64,000 nucleotides of DNA from a virus (taxonomy: Duplodnaviria > Caudoviricetes), in the IMG/VR virus record IMGVR_UViG_3300020577_010931, positions 1 to 64,000 of that record, one strand, 5' to 3'. The notes beneath the pieces were generated by a model. That model was not told where the DNA came from, did not search any database, and was given only the letters and a program-made list of their open reading frames with translations. The position numbers and the translations under genes were made by a program. This document shows, in pieces, positions 35,387 to 46,468 of this stretch. Position 1 is the stretch's first letter, and each line of letters opens with the position of its first letter.

Positions 35387-36106
35387 ATGATCCCAGAGAA
35401 TCTCGCTAGACACATTCAGAATCCCAGCCTCGGGACAGTCGTTCAGCTTTTTGAATTGGACGCTTCTGTTCTGGGCGGGGATGTCTACTATTTCTGCAAT
35501 ATCGCCGAGAATACTGATTTCATCAGTTTCGGCGGTCAACCCTACACTCCGATCCCCATGGCTTCAGAGGGATGGGAATGGACGGCTCAGGCTGCTCAGC
35601 CTACACCGACTTTGAAGATCGCCAATCTCACAGATACGATTGGGAGTCTGGTCAAGGAATTTGATGATCTCTTGGGATGTATCGTAACTCGAAAGAGGAC
35701 GTTTTCTCGTTTCCTGGACACGGGGGATGAACCCGACGGTGATGCGTACTTTCCTCCTGATGTCTATCGCATTGAAAGAAAGCGCTCACACAACCGTCTC
35801 TATATCGAATTCGATCTGGCGAATCCAGTAGACCAGCAGGGTCGGTATATCCCAGGAAGACAGGTCATCCGGGATTACTGCTATCTTCAGTATCGAATCT
35901 GGAATGCTGATCTCAATGCGTTCGACTACAGCGAAGCAGAGTGCCCGTACACGGCGGCGATCTATTTCAATCTCGCAGGAGAGCCTGTGGTCAATCCTGC
36001 ATTGGATCGTTGCCCCAAGAAGGTCGGCACTGGATGCAACGTTCGATTCCCTAATGAACCCCTTCCTTTCGGCGGGTTCCCTGGGGTTGCACGAGTCAGA
36101 GGATGA
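35387..36106 (+). CDS. Minor tail protein L-like
   Basis: LFELDAS..GG, Cys cluster, PFGGFPG. Confidence 0.9.
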   Translation: MIPENLARHIQNPSLGTVVQLFELDASVLGGDVYYFCNIAENTDFISFGGQPYTPIPMASEGWEWTAQAAQPTPTLKIANLTDTIGSLVKEFDDLLGCIVTRKRTFSRFLDTGDEPDGDAYFPPDVYRIERKRSHNRLYIEFDLANPVDQQGRYIPGRQVIRDYCYLQYRIWNADLNAFDYSEAECPYTAAIYFNLAGEPVVNPALDRCPKKVGTGCNVRFPNEPLPFGGFPGVARVRG

Positions 36107-36849
36107 TGTTCTCACCTGAGATTATCGAAGCTGCGAAGGCGCACGCTCTTCGTGAATACCCGAACGAATCCTGCGGAGTCATCCTGGGAGACGAGTACGT
36201 CGAATGCGAAAACATCTCTCCGACGCCAAAGATCGCATTCGCGATAGCGCGAGAGCGAGAACTGGAATTCTTCTCGTCCGGCCTTCTACGAGGTCTCATT
36301 CATTCACATACCAATGGAGTTCCTCATCCTGGGAAGTCCGATATGGAGGGACAGATTGCCTCCAACATTCCGTGGGGAATTCTCAACACGAATGGACAGC
36401 AGGCCCGAGATCCTTGGTTCTGGGGAACCGGAGTACCGATCCCTCCTCTTGAAGGAAGAGGATTTCGCCATGGTCCTAGTGGAACTGACAATCGTGGAGA
36501 TTGCTACGCTCTGATTCGGGATTGGTATCGTCTGAATCGTAACATCACTTTGATTGAGTTTCCTCGTGACTATCCTTGGTGGGATCGTAACGAGAATATG
36601 TACGCTGAGAATTTCGCCAAGGCGGGCTTCGAGTCCTTGGATATGACTCAGGCTCCGAAGTTCTTCCTGACACCTCCAGTACTCGGTGATGTGTTCCTGG
36701 TTCGCACCACGAAGAGATTCCCGACACACGGAGCCATCTATCTCGGCAACGAGTTGTTTCTGCATCATTACGAAGGTCAGCTCAGCATCTCCGCTCCGCT
36801 GAACAAGTGGAAGGAACGGATCACTCATCACTTGAGGTATCCTTCGTGA
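36103..36849 (+). CDS. Tail tip protein K-like (JAB + NlpC/P60)
   Basis: PNESCG, HSH, DCY.L.RDWY, HGAIYLG. Confidence 0.9.
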   Translation: MMFSPEIIEAAKAHALREYPNESCGVILGDEYVECENISPTPKIAFAIARERELEFFSSGLLRGLIHSHTNGVPHPGKSDMEGQIASNIPWGILNTNGQQARDPWFWGTGVPIPPLEGRGFRHGPSGTDNRGDCYALIRDWYRLNRNITLIEFPRDYPWWDRNENMYAENFAKAGFESLDMTQAPKFFLTPPVLGDVFLVRTTKRFPTHGAIYLGNELFLHHYEGQLSISAPLNKWKERITHHLRYPS

Positions 36850-37505
36850 ATACCATCCATTTCCACGGGCATCTGCGGGAGAAGTTCGGTGATCGAGTCA
36901 AATTCGATATCCGGACCCCGAAAGAGGCTATTCGTGCGCTCTGTTATCAGCTTCCTGGGTTCAGAGAAGAATTTGCTCGGGGAAGCTATTCGATCGTCAG
37001 AAACACGCCTGATACTGAGAAGGGGTTCTGTTACGACACAGAGACCGTCGGAATGTATCTTGGACGAGCGGACCTTCACTTCGTACCTAGCCTATCTGGT
37101 GAAGGAGGAAGAGGGCTCGGAAAGATCATTCTGGGAACTCTGCTGATTGCGTCTGCTTTCATCTTCGCTCCACCGACTGTTGCTGGATTCGCAAGTGGTG
37201 CCGCTGCGGTCGCTTCCAGCGGTGGTCTAGCTTCCACTGCGTTCTCCGTCGCGGGTATTGCGATCACTTATTCTCAAATCGCGTCAACTGGCGCTTTTCT
37301 TCTCTTCTCCGGTATCTCTCAGCTTCTAGCTCCTACTGTGAAACCGACCACTCCTCAGAGCGTTGATCAGGAAGCTTCTTTCTTGTTCAATGGACCTGTC
37401 AATGTTATTGAACAGGGTGGTCCGGTGCCTCTCGCTTATGGCATCTGCATGGTTGGTTCTGTGGTGATTTCGGCAGGTATCTCTGTCGAAGAAGTCGATA
37501 TCTGA
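36846..37505 (+). CDS. Tail assembly protein I-like
   Basis: I.FHG.L..KFG; GGPVPLAYG..VGS.VISAG. Confidence 0.9.
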   Translation: MNTIHFHGHLREKFGDRVKFDIRTPKEAIRALCYQLPGFREEFARGSYSIVRNTPDTEKGFCYDTETVGMYLGRADLHFVPSLSGEGGRGLGKIILGTLLIASAFIFAPPTVAGFASGAAAVASSGGLASTAFSVAGIAITYSQIASTGAFLLFSGISQLLAPTVKPTTPQSVDQEASFLFNGPVNVIEQGGPVPLAYGICMVGSVVISAGISVEEVDI

Positions 37506-37512
37506 GGAACCT

Positions 37513-40500
37513 ATGGTAGACATCAACTACACTCCCGGGTTCCTTCGTGGTCATGGTGGTGGAAAGAGCGGAGGCTCTGCCAGCGGACCTCAGGAAGCCA
37601 AGAACACTCTCAAGAGTAGAGCGACTGCTCGAATCCTAGAGCTTCTCTCTGAGGGAGAGATTGTCGGTCTCTTCAACGGCACCCAGTCTATTTTCCTCGA
37701 GGATACTCCTCTCGAAGCGATTGATGGATCGCACAATTTTGAAGGATTCGCTTACGATCTGAGATATGGTCTCCCCGACCAGACTTACATGTCGGGGTTT
37801 TCCCAGGTGGAGACCGAGAACGAAGTCGGCGTCGAGGTGACGTACGATACTCCGATTACTCGCACTATCAATGATCCTCTCGTCGATGCTGTTCGAGTTA
37901 CGATTCGTCTTCCTGTTCTGACCCATACGAACGATGATGGAGATTTGAACGGCACCTTCGTCGTCTTGGCGATTCAGTATCGGAGCTTCGGAGGCCCCTG
38001 GGTCTCTCCGAATATCGGTACCTACATGGAGAGCTTCTCTCCTCCGATTTCTCCCGAATCGACGTTCTTCCGAATCACTGTCAGAGCCCCCAAGGCTTCT
38101 CTGCCGACTGATCCAGATACTCTGAACACGGCTTTCATCGTAGGTCTGAAGTACCGTATCGCTGGATCAGGTTCGGCCTACACTGAGCTCCCTGGGAAGA
38201 CCTATAATCAAGTCAAGGGTGGAAATATCGGTTCCATCATCGGAAGCATCACTGGAGGCTCGCCACATGCTGGAGCTTCCCAGAACCCTCAGAATTTCAT
38301 TGAGGACGTGTCTACGACATACGAGATCACTCTAGCGAATGACTCGTATGAATTCGTTCCGATGTATTATAGTCAGATCGCAGCCGCACAGTGCCGGAAG
38401 ACCACTCCGGCAATGACGATTGTCGGTAAGACGACTTCGCCCTACGAGAGATCGTATCGATTCAATCTTCCCGAGGGAGGAGCTCCCTGGGATATTCGAG
38501 TCTCTCGTCTTCAGCCAGACCCGGAGGAAGCGAAGCATCAGAATAGATTCTACTTCTCGCGATACACCGAAATCATTGACGAGAAGTTCATCTATCCGAA
38601 CTCGGCGCTCATTGGTGTCGCTATCGACGCCGAGCAGTTTGAAGGGAAGATTCCCTCTCGCTCGTACCTGATCAAAGGTATCAAGATCAGTATTCCGAGC
38701 AATTACGATCCGATTACCAGGACCTATGATGGCATCTGGGATGGCCTCTTCGTTACGGATTGGTCGAACAATCCTGTCTGGGTTCTTTATGATCTGATCA
38801 CGAATCGACGCTATGGTATCGGTCGTTTTCTCAATGTGACCGAAATCGACAAGTGGTCGTTCTACGACGCAGCGAAATACTGCGATGAAGATGTGCCGAA
38901 TCTCTATGGAGGAGTTGAACCCAGATTTACGTTCAATGCCTGGATTGCAGATCGTACGTCAGCTCTTGAAGCTCTGCAGTCGGTGGCTTCATCCTTCAGA
39001 GGAATGATTTACTGGTCGGCCGGTGCGATCTTCCTGTCTATCGATCGACCCAAGAGTCCGACAAAGATCTTCACGGCTTCAAACGTTATTGATGGAGATT
39101 TCGTCTATCAGGGGACTTCTCTGAAGGATCGTCATACTCTCGTTCGCGTTACTTGGAACGACCCAGACGATTTCTATCGTCCGGCTATTGAGGTTGTCGA
39201 AGACCCCGACGGCATGGTTAGATACGGTCTTCGCGACACTGATCTTCGTCTCCTGGGATGCTCTTCGCAAGGTCAGGCGTACCGTCATGGTCGATGGACG
39301 CTCGACACAGAGAAGAGTGAACGGGAGATGGTTACTTTCTCCATCTCCTGGAGAGATGCGGATATTCTTCCCGGTGAAATCTTCTCTGTTCAGGATCCTT
39401 TCTGGTCGGGGGCCAAGTTCGGTGGTCGACTGAAGAGTGTGGCCGCGAGCAAGGCGAATCTCGATCGTTCGGTCACGCTGGAAGATGGACAGGACTACAC
39501 CCTCTGGGCTGTCATGCCGAACGGTGTTCTCCAGACATCTCCAGTTGTGAATGATCCTGGCTCCTGGGATGTTCTCAATCTCGCCAATCCCTTCAATTTT
39601 GATGGGAACTACATTCCCAATCCTGATCTTGCCGGTATCGTTGAAGGAGACGTGTCTTCCACTGGTTCTCTTCCAACTGGATGGGGATGGCAGGGCATTT
39701 CTGGTTCTACGCTGGAGATTCTTGATCACGGTATTCTGGATGGCGTTCCCTTCATCAATTTCAGATTCACCTGGACGTCTGCTCCGACAGCCACGGCCTT
39801 CATCACGATGGCTCCTCTCGGTGTGATTGGAGCGGCGCCCGGTGACGTCTGGAATTTCGCGATGCGATTTGCACCGCTATCTGCCTGGGACACCGACATC
39901 GTTTCGTTTGGTCATAAGATCGATTGGAGAGACTCTGGTTCGACATTGAATACTGATACTTACAACTATCCGAATCCTGATCTTCAGACCTTCGATAAGG
40001 CTCAGCTTCTCGTCGCGGATGCTCCTGTTGGAACTTTGACTGCGAGACCTGCGGCTCGAATCCAGGTCGGAGTGGGAACCTCTGGGGTCATTGAATTTCG
40101 TCTGGGAGGATGGTTCATTTCTTCCGACGACGAACAGCCTATGGCGAACGCTGTCTGGGCTCTAGTCGCCACGAATATCGAACCTCGTCCTTTCCGTTGC
40201 CTGATGATCAGAGAAACGGATACTCATCTCTTCGAGGTGACTGGTCTCTTCTATGACGTGACAAAGTTCGCTCGCGTCGAGGAAGATATCACCATTGTCA
40301 ATCCCAGGTACTATCACGCTCCAACTGGCCCTCTTCTTCCACCAACGAATCTTTCGTTCCAGGAATATCTCTATAAAATCGGTAACACTGTTCGTTCCGG
40401 AGTCACTGTCTCTTGGACAGCACCGAACGATGGTCGTATCATCTTCTACGAATTCCAGCTTCGAGATCCTATCACTGACGCCTACACGACTATCTCTACA

Positions 40501-41703
40501 GTAACCACGACATCGACAGATGTTCGTGAAATCCTATATGGAATCTACGGTGCTCGTGTTCGTTCCATCGATGGAACTGGAACGAAGAAGAGCCCGTGGT
40601 TGACTGTTGATCCGGTGCAATTCAGCGGTCTCCTGGGTCCTCCCGGAGATGTCCAGAATTTCCGTGCCAACATCATCGGTGATACGATTTTCCTCCTCTG
40701 GGATCGTGTGACTGATCTTGATTTGGATCACTATCGTCTCAAATTCTCCCCCGAAGTCGTGGGAGCTTCTTGGACGAGCTCTACTGATCTCTTCCCTATT
40801 ATTCCGAGAGAAGCAACGAACGTCTCTGCTCCTTTCTTGAACGGAACCTATCTGATCAAAGCTGTCGATTTCCAGGGAGTTGAAAGCTCTGTCGAAGCGA
40901 TCGTTATCAATCTCAAAACTGGTGGTCTCAATCAGAATACGGTTCTGATCATCCAGGAAGATCCGACTTTCGCTGGAACGAAGGACGACGTCTACTACTC
41001 AGTGACCCTGGGTGGTATTCGTCTCATTCCTGAGTCCTACGATTTCTTTACTCTCACCGATGTCTTTGATCTATCTGATTTCTTCTTCGGCGAAGGTGTG
41101 GTCGCTGAAGGATACTATTACTTCGACAACGATGTAGATCTCGGAGAAGTCTTTACGAGCCGCTTGGTTCCTGCGATTTCGGTCACTGGTGCCAACGTCC
41201 TTAACGATTTCTTCGGTCCAGAGGACATGTATTCGGTTGCCGATATGTTCGGCAGCCTCGGTGGTGGATACGATGCAATCCTGGAGGTTCGATACACCCA
41301 GGATGATCCCTCTGGGTCTCCGACATGGACTCCTTGGTACCAGTTCCTCACTGGAGACTATACTGCTCGAGCCTTCCAGTTCAGATTGCATCTTCTGACG
41401 ACCAATCCATCTATTACTCCTGTCGTAACGAAGGCAGCAGTGACCGTCGACATGCCGGACCGTGTTGATGGTATGGACGATGTCTCCGGCACAGCCGGTG
41501 GCATTAGAATTACCTTCGATCCGGCGTTTAGAGCCAAGCCCTCTATTGTCATTACCGGGCAATCAATGGATACTGGCGACTACTTCGAGTTGAGCAACCA
41601 GGACGAAACTGGCTTCGACGTCATTTTCTATAATGCGTCGGCAGTTTCGGTTACCCGAGTGTTCGACTGGCATGCCCGAGGCTACGGATATAGGATCGTC
41701 TGA
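37513..41703 (+). CDS. Central tail fibre / host specificity protein J-like
   Basis: G.GGGK..EA.NTL.S, YP.SAL.G, W.NNP.W..YDL, FN3-like C-terminal part. Confidence 0.92.
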   Translation: MVDINYTPGFLRGHGGGKSGGSASGPQEAKNTLKSRATARILELLSEGEIVGLFNGTQSIFLEDTPLEAIDGSHNFEGFAYDLRYGLPDQTYMSGFSQVETENEVGVEVTYDTPITRTINDPLVDAVRVTIRLPVLTHTNDDGDLNGTFVVLAIQYRSFGGPWVSPNIGTYMESFSPPISPESTFFRITVRAPKASLPTDPDTLNTAFIVGLKYRIAGSGSAYTELPGKTYNQVKGGNIGSIIGSITGGSPHAGASQNPQNFIEDVSTTYEITLANDSYEFVPMYYSQIAAAQCRKTTPAMTIVGKTTSPYERSYRFNLPEGGAPWDIRVSRLQPDPEEAKHQNRFYFSRYTEIIDEKFIYPNSALIGVAIDAEQFEGKIPSRSYLIKGIKISIPSNYDPITRTYDGIWDGLFVTDWSNNPVWVLYDLITNRRYGIGRFLNVTEIDKWSFYDAAKYCDEDVPNLYGGVEPRFTFNAWIADRTSALEALQSVASSFRGMIYWSAGAIFLSIDRPKSPTKIFTASNVIDGDFVYQGTSLKDRHTLVRVTWNDPDDFYRPAIEVVEDPDGMVRYGLRDTDLRLLGCSSQGQAYRHGRWTLDTEKSEREMVTFSISWRDADILPGEIFSVQDPFWSGAKFGGRLKSVAASKANLDRSVTLEDGQDYTLWAVMPNGVLQTSPVVNDPGSWDVLNLANPFNFDGNYIPNPDLAGIVEGDVSSTGSLPTGWGWQGISGSTLEILDHGILDGVPFINFRFTWTSAPTATAFITMAPLGVIGAAPGDVWNFAMRFAPLSAWDTDIVSFGHKIDWRDSGSTLNTDTYNYPNPDLQTFDKAQLLVADAPVGTLTARPAARIQVGVGTSGVIEFRLGGWFISSDDEQPMANAVWALVATNIEPRPFRCLMIRETDTHLFEVTGLFYDVTKFARVEEDITIVNPRYYHAPTGPLLPPTNLSFQEYLYKIGNTVRSGVTVSWTAPNDGRIIFYEFQLRDPITDAYTTISTVTTTSTDVREILYGIYGARVRSIDGTGTKKSPWLTVDPVQFSGLLGPPGDVQNFRANIIGDTIFLLWDRVTDLDLDHYRLKFSPEVVGASWTSSTDLFPIIPREATNVSAPFLNGTYLIKAVDFQGVESSVEAIVINLKTGGLNQNTVLIIQEDPTFAGTKDDVYYSVTLGGIRLIPESYDFFTLTDVFDLSDFFFGEGVVAEGYYYFDNDVDLGEVFTSRLVPAISVTGANVLNDFFGPEDMYSVADMFGSLGGGYDAILEVRYTQDDPSGSPTWTPWYQFLTGDYTARAFQFRLHLLTTNPSITPVVTKAAVTVDMPDRVDGMDDVSGTAGGIRITFDPAFRAKPSIVITGQSMDTGDYFELSNQDETGFDVIFYNASAVSVTRVFDWHARGYGYRIV

Positions 41704-42623
41704 TGGCTCAGGCCACTGATATGCTGGTTCCGACGTCGGGTCCTCTGTCCCCGTCGGATTACGCTCAGCAGACCAACGAAATCTTCGCCGCGCTTGCGTC
41801 CACTCATTCGGGAACGTCAGCGCCACCGAGTCCCACGACTTGGCAGATGTGGCTGGATACGAGCGGTGCGGTCACTGCTCGTCTTCTCAAGATGTTTGAT
41901 GGAACCGATTGGATTCTTCTCGGAACCATCAACGCGACGGCGAATACTTTCGTCCCGGAAGGACTTGGCGGATTTCTGCTCTATCCTCTCGGTGGCGGTA
42001 ACGTTGTCACGGCTCTCACCAATTGGAACTCGTACACCGGAACAGGATTTCTTTACGGATCAGGTATCTCGAATAGCCCGACTGGCTCGTCTGGTGATTG
42101 GCTCGTTGTCGCTTCAAGCAACGGCACAGTTCGATTCCAATTGGCGATCGCGGCTTCGGGAACTCTCGCGATTTGGTTCCGAGTGTATATCGGCTCCTGG
42201 GGTTCCTGGAAGCGAATCGATCTTGACGCAGCCACGGTAGCTGAATTTCGTACCGGAACCGACATTGCGAAGTTTCTCAACAGTAAGATCTTCTGGGATG
42301 CAGGAGCGTACGTAGCTCTGTCGCAGTCGTCTTCTATTGCTCCCAATCTCGCCAACGGAATCAATTTCACTCTCACTCTAAATCAGAACATCACTCTTGC
42401 GAATATGACCAATTTGAAGGAAGGTCAGACAGGTTTGATTCGAATCCAGAATGAAGCTGTATCTGGTCTTTATCAGATCACGGCTTATGGAAATCAGTAT
42501 GTCTGTGCTGATCGAGAATTCCCTGAAATGCCGATCGGTCCTGGTCTGGTCCTTGGAATCGTGTATCATGTGCTCCCCTCGAGCAAGGTGCTTCTGATTC
42601 CCCTGTTTGACATCGGAGTGTGA
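41703..42623 (+). CDS. Tail fibre-like protein
   Basis: ALAS.HSG.S.P...WLDTS N-terminus typical of post-J fibre genes. Confidence 0.65.
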   Translation: MAQATDMLVPTSGPLSPSDYAQQTNEIFAALASTHSGTSAPPSPTTWQMWLDTSGAVTARLLKMFDGTDWILLGTINATANTFVPEGLGGFLLYPLGGGNVVTALTNWNSYTGTGFLYGSGISNSPTGSSGDWLVVASSNGTVRFQLAIAASGTLAIWFRVYIGSWGSWKRIDLDAATVAEFRTGTDIAKFLNSKIFWDAGAYVALSQSSSIAPNLANGINFTLTLNQNITLANMTNLKEGQTGLIRIQNEAVSGLYQITAYGNQYVCADREFPEMPIGPGLVLGIVYHVLPSSKVLLIPLFDIGV

Positions 42624-42624
42624 T

Positions 42625-43341
42625 ATGTGGGCGATTCTGAAGCCGAATAGCACAGAAGTCCAAGAGATCATCTGGAATCCCAGGACGATCAAGACGGAAG
42701 AATTCACCTATCCGAGATCCGTCTGGGTTTCTCGCGATCGGGATTGGCTTTTCAAGAATCTTCGGGCAGTTCCTTTCATCAGAGGAACTCCCGAGCCGCC
42801 AACTGTGAATCATAGAGTTTCGAAGACATTCTATCGTTACGATCCACAGCAGAACCAGGTTTATGAGACTTTCGAGTACGAAGAGAATCAAGTGCCGACC
42901 ATTGGTCTGCATGACACTCTCAACGATGCTCGGGCCTACGGTGGTCGTCTGATCGACGAAAAGGCCGAACAGATTCGTGCTCGATTCATCACTCCTGGAT
43001 CAGGGCAGGCTCTCAGTTATATGATGAAGAGAATCAGCGCTGAGGAAGTTCTCAATGCTGATGTGAAGGGAGAATCTGTTGACGCTCCGATGATTGATGT
43101 TCTCGTCGGCATCGAAATCAATCCTGAAACGAAGCAGCCCTTCGAGAACAGAGTTGAACTGGCTGCTCATATCGTCGCATCTTCGTTCAAAACGGAGATG
43201 ATTGAGGCGACTATTGACGCTGCCCGTCGCATCACCAAGATCGCTATCTCGAAGGCAGAAGATCAACCAACTGTCGATCGTCTTGTTCTCCTGGGATATG
43301 CTGAGCTCGAAAGAGCATCCAAGGATGCTGAGGCTATTTGA
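42625..43341 (+). CDS. Tail-fibre-associated protein
   Basis: Synteny; R.RFITPG.GQA..Y..K. Confidence 0.55.
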   Translation: MWAILKPNSTEVQEIIWNPRTIKTEEFTYPRSVWVSRDRDWLFKNLRAVPFIRGTPEPPTVNHRVSKTFYRYDPQQNQVYETFEYEENQVPTIGLHDTLNDARAYGGRLIDEKAEQIRARFITPGSGQALSYMMKRISAEEVLNADVKGESVDAPMIDVLVGIEINPETKQPFENRVELAAHIVASSFKTEMIEATIDAARRITKIAISKAEDQPTVDRLVLLGYAELERASKDAEAI

Positions 43342-45863
43342 TGCGTAACAATCTTCTCATGGCGGCTCGTCAAAAGAAGAAGACGAAGATCGCTGAACTT
43401 TTTCCAATCAAAATCAATCGTTCGCTGGTTGCTGGACCGAAAATTCGTGGTGGAAGCGGAGCGAGTGTCTCTCGCTCCTTCACAGGCTCAGGAGTTTCCA
43501 GCAAGAAAGGAACTCTCGCCTTCTGGATCAAGTATCCAATTGTTGATGATTTGAACGACGAAGTTACGTATTTCGTTCGCTCGATCTCCATTGGTGATGG
43601 AAGCACTCCAGCAAGAGGTGTTTACGTTGGAGCCGCCCCTGGTTCATCCCAGGGACTCTTCTTTCAATTCGTCCAGCCGTTCGGTTCCGGTAACGGAACG
43701 TTCTACGTCAAACACAATCTGAATCTCGCTGGAGGAAGAAGCGAGTGGTTTCACTTGGCAGTTACGTGGGATACGACCTCTGGTACATCGTCTCAGAGAA
43801 TGAGAATGTACGTCAATGGAGTCGAAATCTACGATGCAGCGAGAAACAATCCAGCACTAGATTATTCGACTAGATTTGCTCTGTCAGATTCCATAGTCTA
43901 TATTGGATATCCAGGAGAGCAGGCTCCAGGTATCTTCAATATCGCCGATTTCTATTACATCGATGGACAGGTGATCGCTCCTACTGAATTTGTTCAGTGG
44001 GATTCTCTTGATGGTATCTTGAAACCGAAGAGATACACTGTTCCGATTGCAGGAAATTCCTTCTATCTGAATTTCGAAGGAACCACGACTACGGAAGTGG
44101 CTCAAGATAAGAGTGGAAATGGACAGAATTTCACTCCGAACAATCTTTCGATCGGAAGCGCCTTTTCCACTCAACTGAGCTCGGATTCCCCCACCAATAG
44201 ATTTCCGGTGTTTCTCGAATCGATCTCGGGAAATGAATGGTCTGACAATGACAACTTCAGCCTCGGAGGTCGCGCTCTCAGGGTTCCCGCAGATTCGAAT
44301 TCGCGCGCCTATGTGACATCTCTACCAGTTCCTATTGAAAGAGGAACTTGGTATTTCGAAATGAAAGTGATCGCTGGAGGAAGTCAACTCGCTGTCGGGC
44401 TTGGCGATTTCACTCCTACCCTTGGTTCAATTCAGAACATCCATACGGATGGAAACTATGTGACCCAGGGACAGCATTGGCTCTATTCTTCAGATGCCTT
44501 CAAGCTGGGACCCGGAGGAGCTTCCACTTCCTATGGAGCGACCTGGACGGCGGGAGATGTTATCGGATGCGTGATTAACAAGTCCAGCGCCACAAGTCTC
44601 ACGATCACATTTACGAAGAATGGAGTTTCTCAGGGCACAGCTTTCACTCTGACAGGAACTGAGATTCCTCATCCGGAAATCCTCGGTCTCTATATTGTTC
44701 TGACCGCGAAGACCACTCGCAGTGGTACGTCTGATGTCGAATTCAATTTCGGTCAGATGGAATCCTTCGCTTACGCTTCTCCTGATCCTACCGCGCTCCC
44801 GATGAGCACGGCGAATTTCGATGTCCCGGAATTCCCTTCGTTGAAATTCTACAACGATATGGTCCGTCTCATCGGAAACGGATCGATGCCTCGTACAGTG
44901 AAGACCTGGTACAGTGTTCCTCAGTCGAGAGGAAATCCATGGTCTCTGGTGACGATGGATACTGGTGTCGATCATATCAAGTGGTGGTGGGATAGTGTAG
45001 ACAACGGAGCTCTCGGTTGGTTCCTGGGGGCCACGACTTTCGCTACTCAGGCCGGCATCGCTGGGTCACCGACTGGAGGCGCTACCGATACTCGAATTTA
45101 TGATTTCCTCGCAGACGGTGTTCGTCTTGGGAATCAGGTGGATACGAACGCCAACGGCGATCGCTACATGCACTTTTTCCTGGAGATGAATCCTGAGATC
45201 GGCTTCAAGAGAGTCACCTACACCGGAAATGGAAGTGGATCAGCCCGAGCTATTGCTCATGGTCTCGGGATGGTTCCGTACTGTATTCTCGTTCGTCGTT
45301 TGGACGGTACTGGTCGGACTACTCACTGGTTCCTCTATCCCAAGGGAACTGCCGAGAGTTACGAATTCACTGCTCCTGGTGGATCGTATGGTTCTCGAAA
45401 TATGTGGGGATCGCTTCCGACTACAACCGACTTCTATGTCCGAGATAATGGAGCTGCCGAAAGTATTAACGCGAGCGGTGGTTCGTACGTTGCTTACCTC
45501 TTCGCCCCCAACAAGCGAGCGATGGCTGTTGGATCGTATATTGGTCAGACGAAACCTATCTATTGTCACTGTGGCTTCAAGCCTCTTGTTGTGTTCATCC
45601 TGAACAAGAGCACGGGAAAGCAGTACGTCTATTCTCCCGGAAGAATCACAGAGGGATTTCATCTTCAATCTAACTTTTCAGTGCCCGAAGTTTCGACTGG
45701 AGTGAGCCCATCGTTTGAAATTGCTGGATTCAAGGTTCACGGTAATAGCTCCACTCAAATCAATACAGCCGGCCAGGATCATATTTGGTTCGCAATCGCA
45801 GGAGAGCATAGCTCTCTAGCCCTGGGATACGTGGACCAGCCCTCCGTCGGATCTCCACGGTAA
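43341..45863 (+). CDS. LamG (concanavalin-like) + SPRY domain virion protein
   Basis: WFHLAVTWD..MYVNG; G.WYFE..GDVIG..KNG; repeated Y.GNG motifs. Confidence 0.75.
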   Translation: MRNNLLMAARQKKKTKIAELFPIKINRSLVAGPKIRGGSGASVSRSFTGSGVSSKKGTLAFWIKYPIVDDLNDEVTYFVRSISIGDGSTPARGVYVGAAPGSSQGLFFQFVQPFGSGNGTFYVKHNLNLAGGRSEWFHLAVTWDTTSGTSSQRMRMYVNGVEIYDAARNNPALDYSTRFALSDSIVYIGYPGEQAPGIFNIADFYYIDGQVIAPTEFVQWDSLDGILKPKRYTVPIAGNSFYLNFEGTTTTEVAQDKSGNGQNFTPNNLSIGSAFSTQLSSDSPTNRFPVFLESISGNEWSDNDNFSLGGRALRVPADSNSRAYVTSLPVPIERGTWYFEMKVIAGGSQLAVGLGDFTPTLGSIQNIHTDGNYVTQGQHWLYSSDAFKLGPGGASTSYGATWTAGDVIGCVINKSSATSLTITFTKNGVSQGTAFTLTGTEIPHPEILGLYIVLTAKTTRSGTSDVEFNFGQMESFAYASPDPTALPMSTANFDVPEFPSLKFYNDMVRLIGNGSMPRTVKTWYSVPQSRGNPWSLVTMDTGVDHIKWWWDSVDNGALGWFLGATTFATQAGIAGSPTGGATDTRIYDFLADGVRLGNQVDTNANGDRYMHFFLEMNPEIGFKRVTYTGNGSGSARAIAHGLGMVPYCILVRRLDGTGRTTHWFLYPKGTAESYEFTAPGGSYGSRNMWGSLPTTTDFYVRDNGAAESINASGGSYVAYLFAPNKRAMAVGSYIGQTKPIYCHCGFKPLVVFILNKSTGKQYVYSPGRITEGFHLQSNFSVPEVSTGVSPSFEIAGFKVHGNSSTQINTAGQDHIWFAIAGEHSSLALGYVDQPSVGSPR

Positions 45864-45940
45864 TCCTTCTTGTCAGGAGTGGAATTGACGGCTATCCTGG
45901 CCGAGGCGTCTATGGGTGTCTGTAGACACATGAGGGGGCC

Positions 45941-46261
45941 ATGGAAAATCATGTTCTCATTGCAGTGGCCCGACTCGAAGAGAGATTGGTCAATGCCCAG
46001 AAGAATCAGGACGATTTTCATGCTCAGGTGCAGAGAACTCTCGACGAGCTGAAAATCCAGGTCGCTCGTGGCGCTGACGAGATGAGGGCTAACTTCAAAG
46101 CTCAGGAAGAAGATCTCAAAGCACAGCTCGAAGACATTCGGACGAAGTACACTCTTCTCAGTCGTTTTACTCTCGTGGAACGGCTTGTCTTCGGTATGGT
46201 AGCTGTCGTTCTCGCGACAGTTCTTGGTGCGATTCTGGCCGGAGCAATCCCAATTCTCTGA
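45941..46261 (+). CDS. Coiled-coil + C-terminal TM protein (holin/antiholin-like)
   Basis: Precedes endolysin; single C-terminal TM. Confidence 0.55.
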   Translation: MENHVLIAVARLEERLVNAQKNQDDFHAQVQRTLDELKIQVARGADEMRANFKAQEEDLKAQLEDIRTKYTLLSRFTLVERLVFGMVAVVLATVLGAILAGAIPIL

Positions 46262-46468
46262 GTCTCTCTGAGGAAGATTTTCCGAGACGAGTCCTCTTGA
46301 CCCAGGGACTTCTCATTCCCGAGGATGCAACTCCTGGGAAGAACATCATTGTGACCAAGGGACTCTTTTACTGCAATTTTTGGCAGAAGTACCTTCTAGG
46401 TATTAACGTAGAGTTCCCTGACGTTATCATTGACGTGACTGATGACTCGATCGTGACAGGGGATTCCG

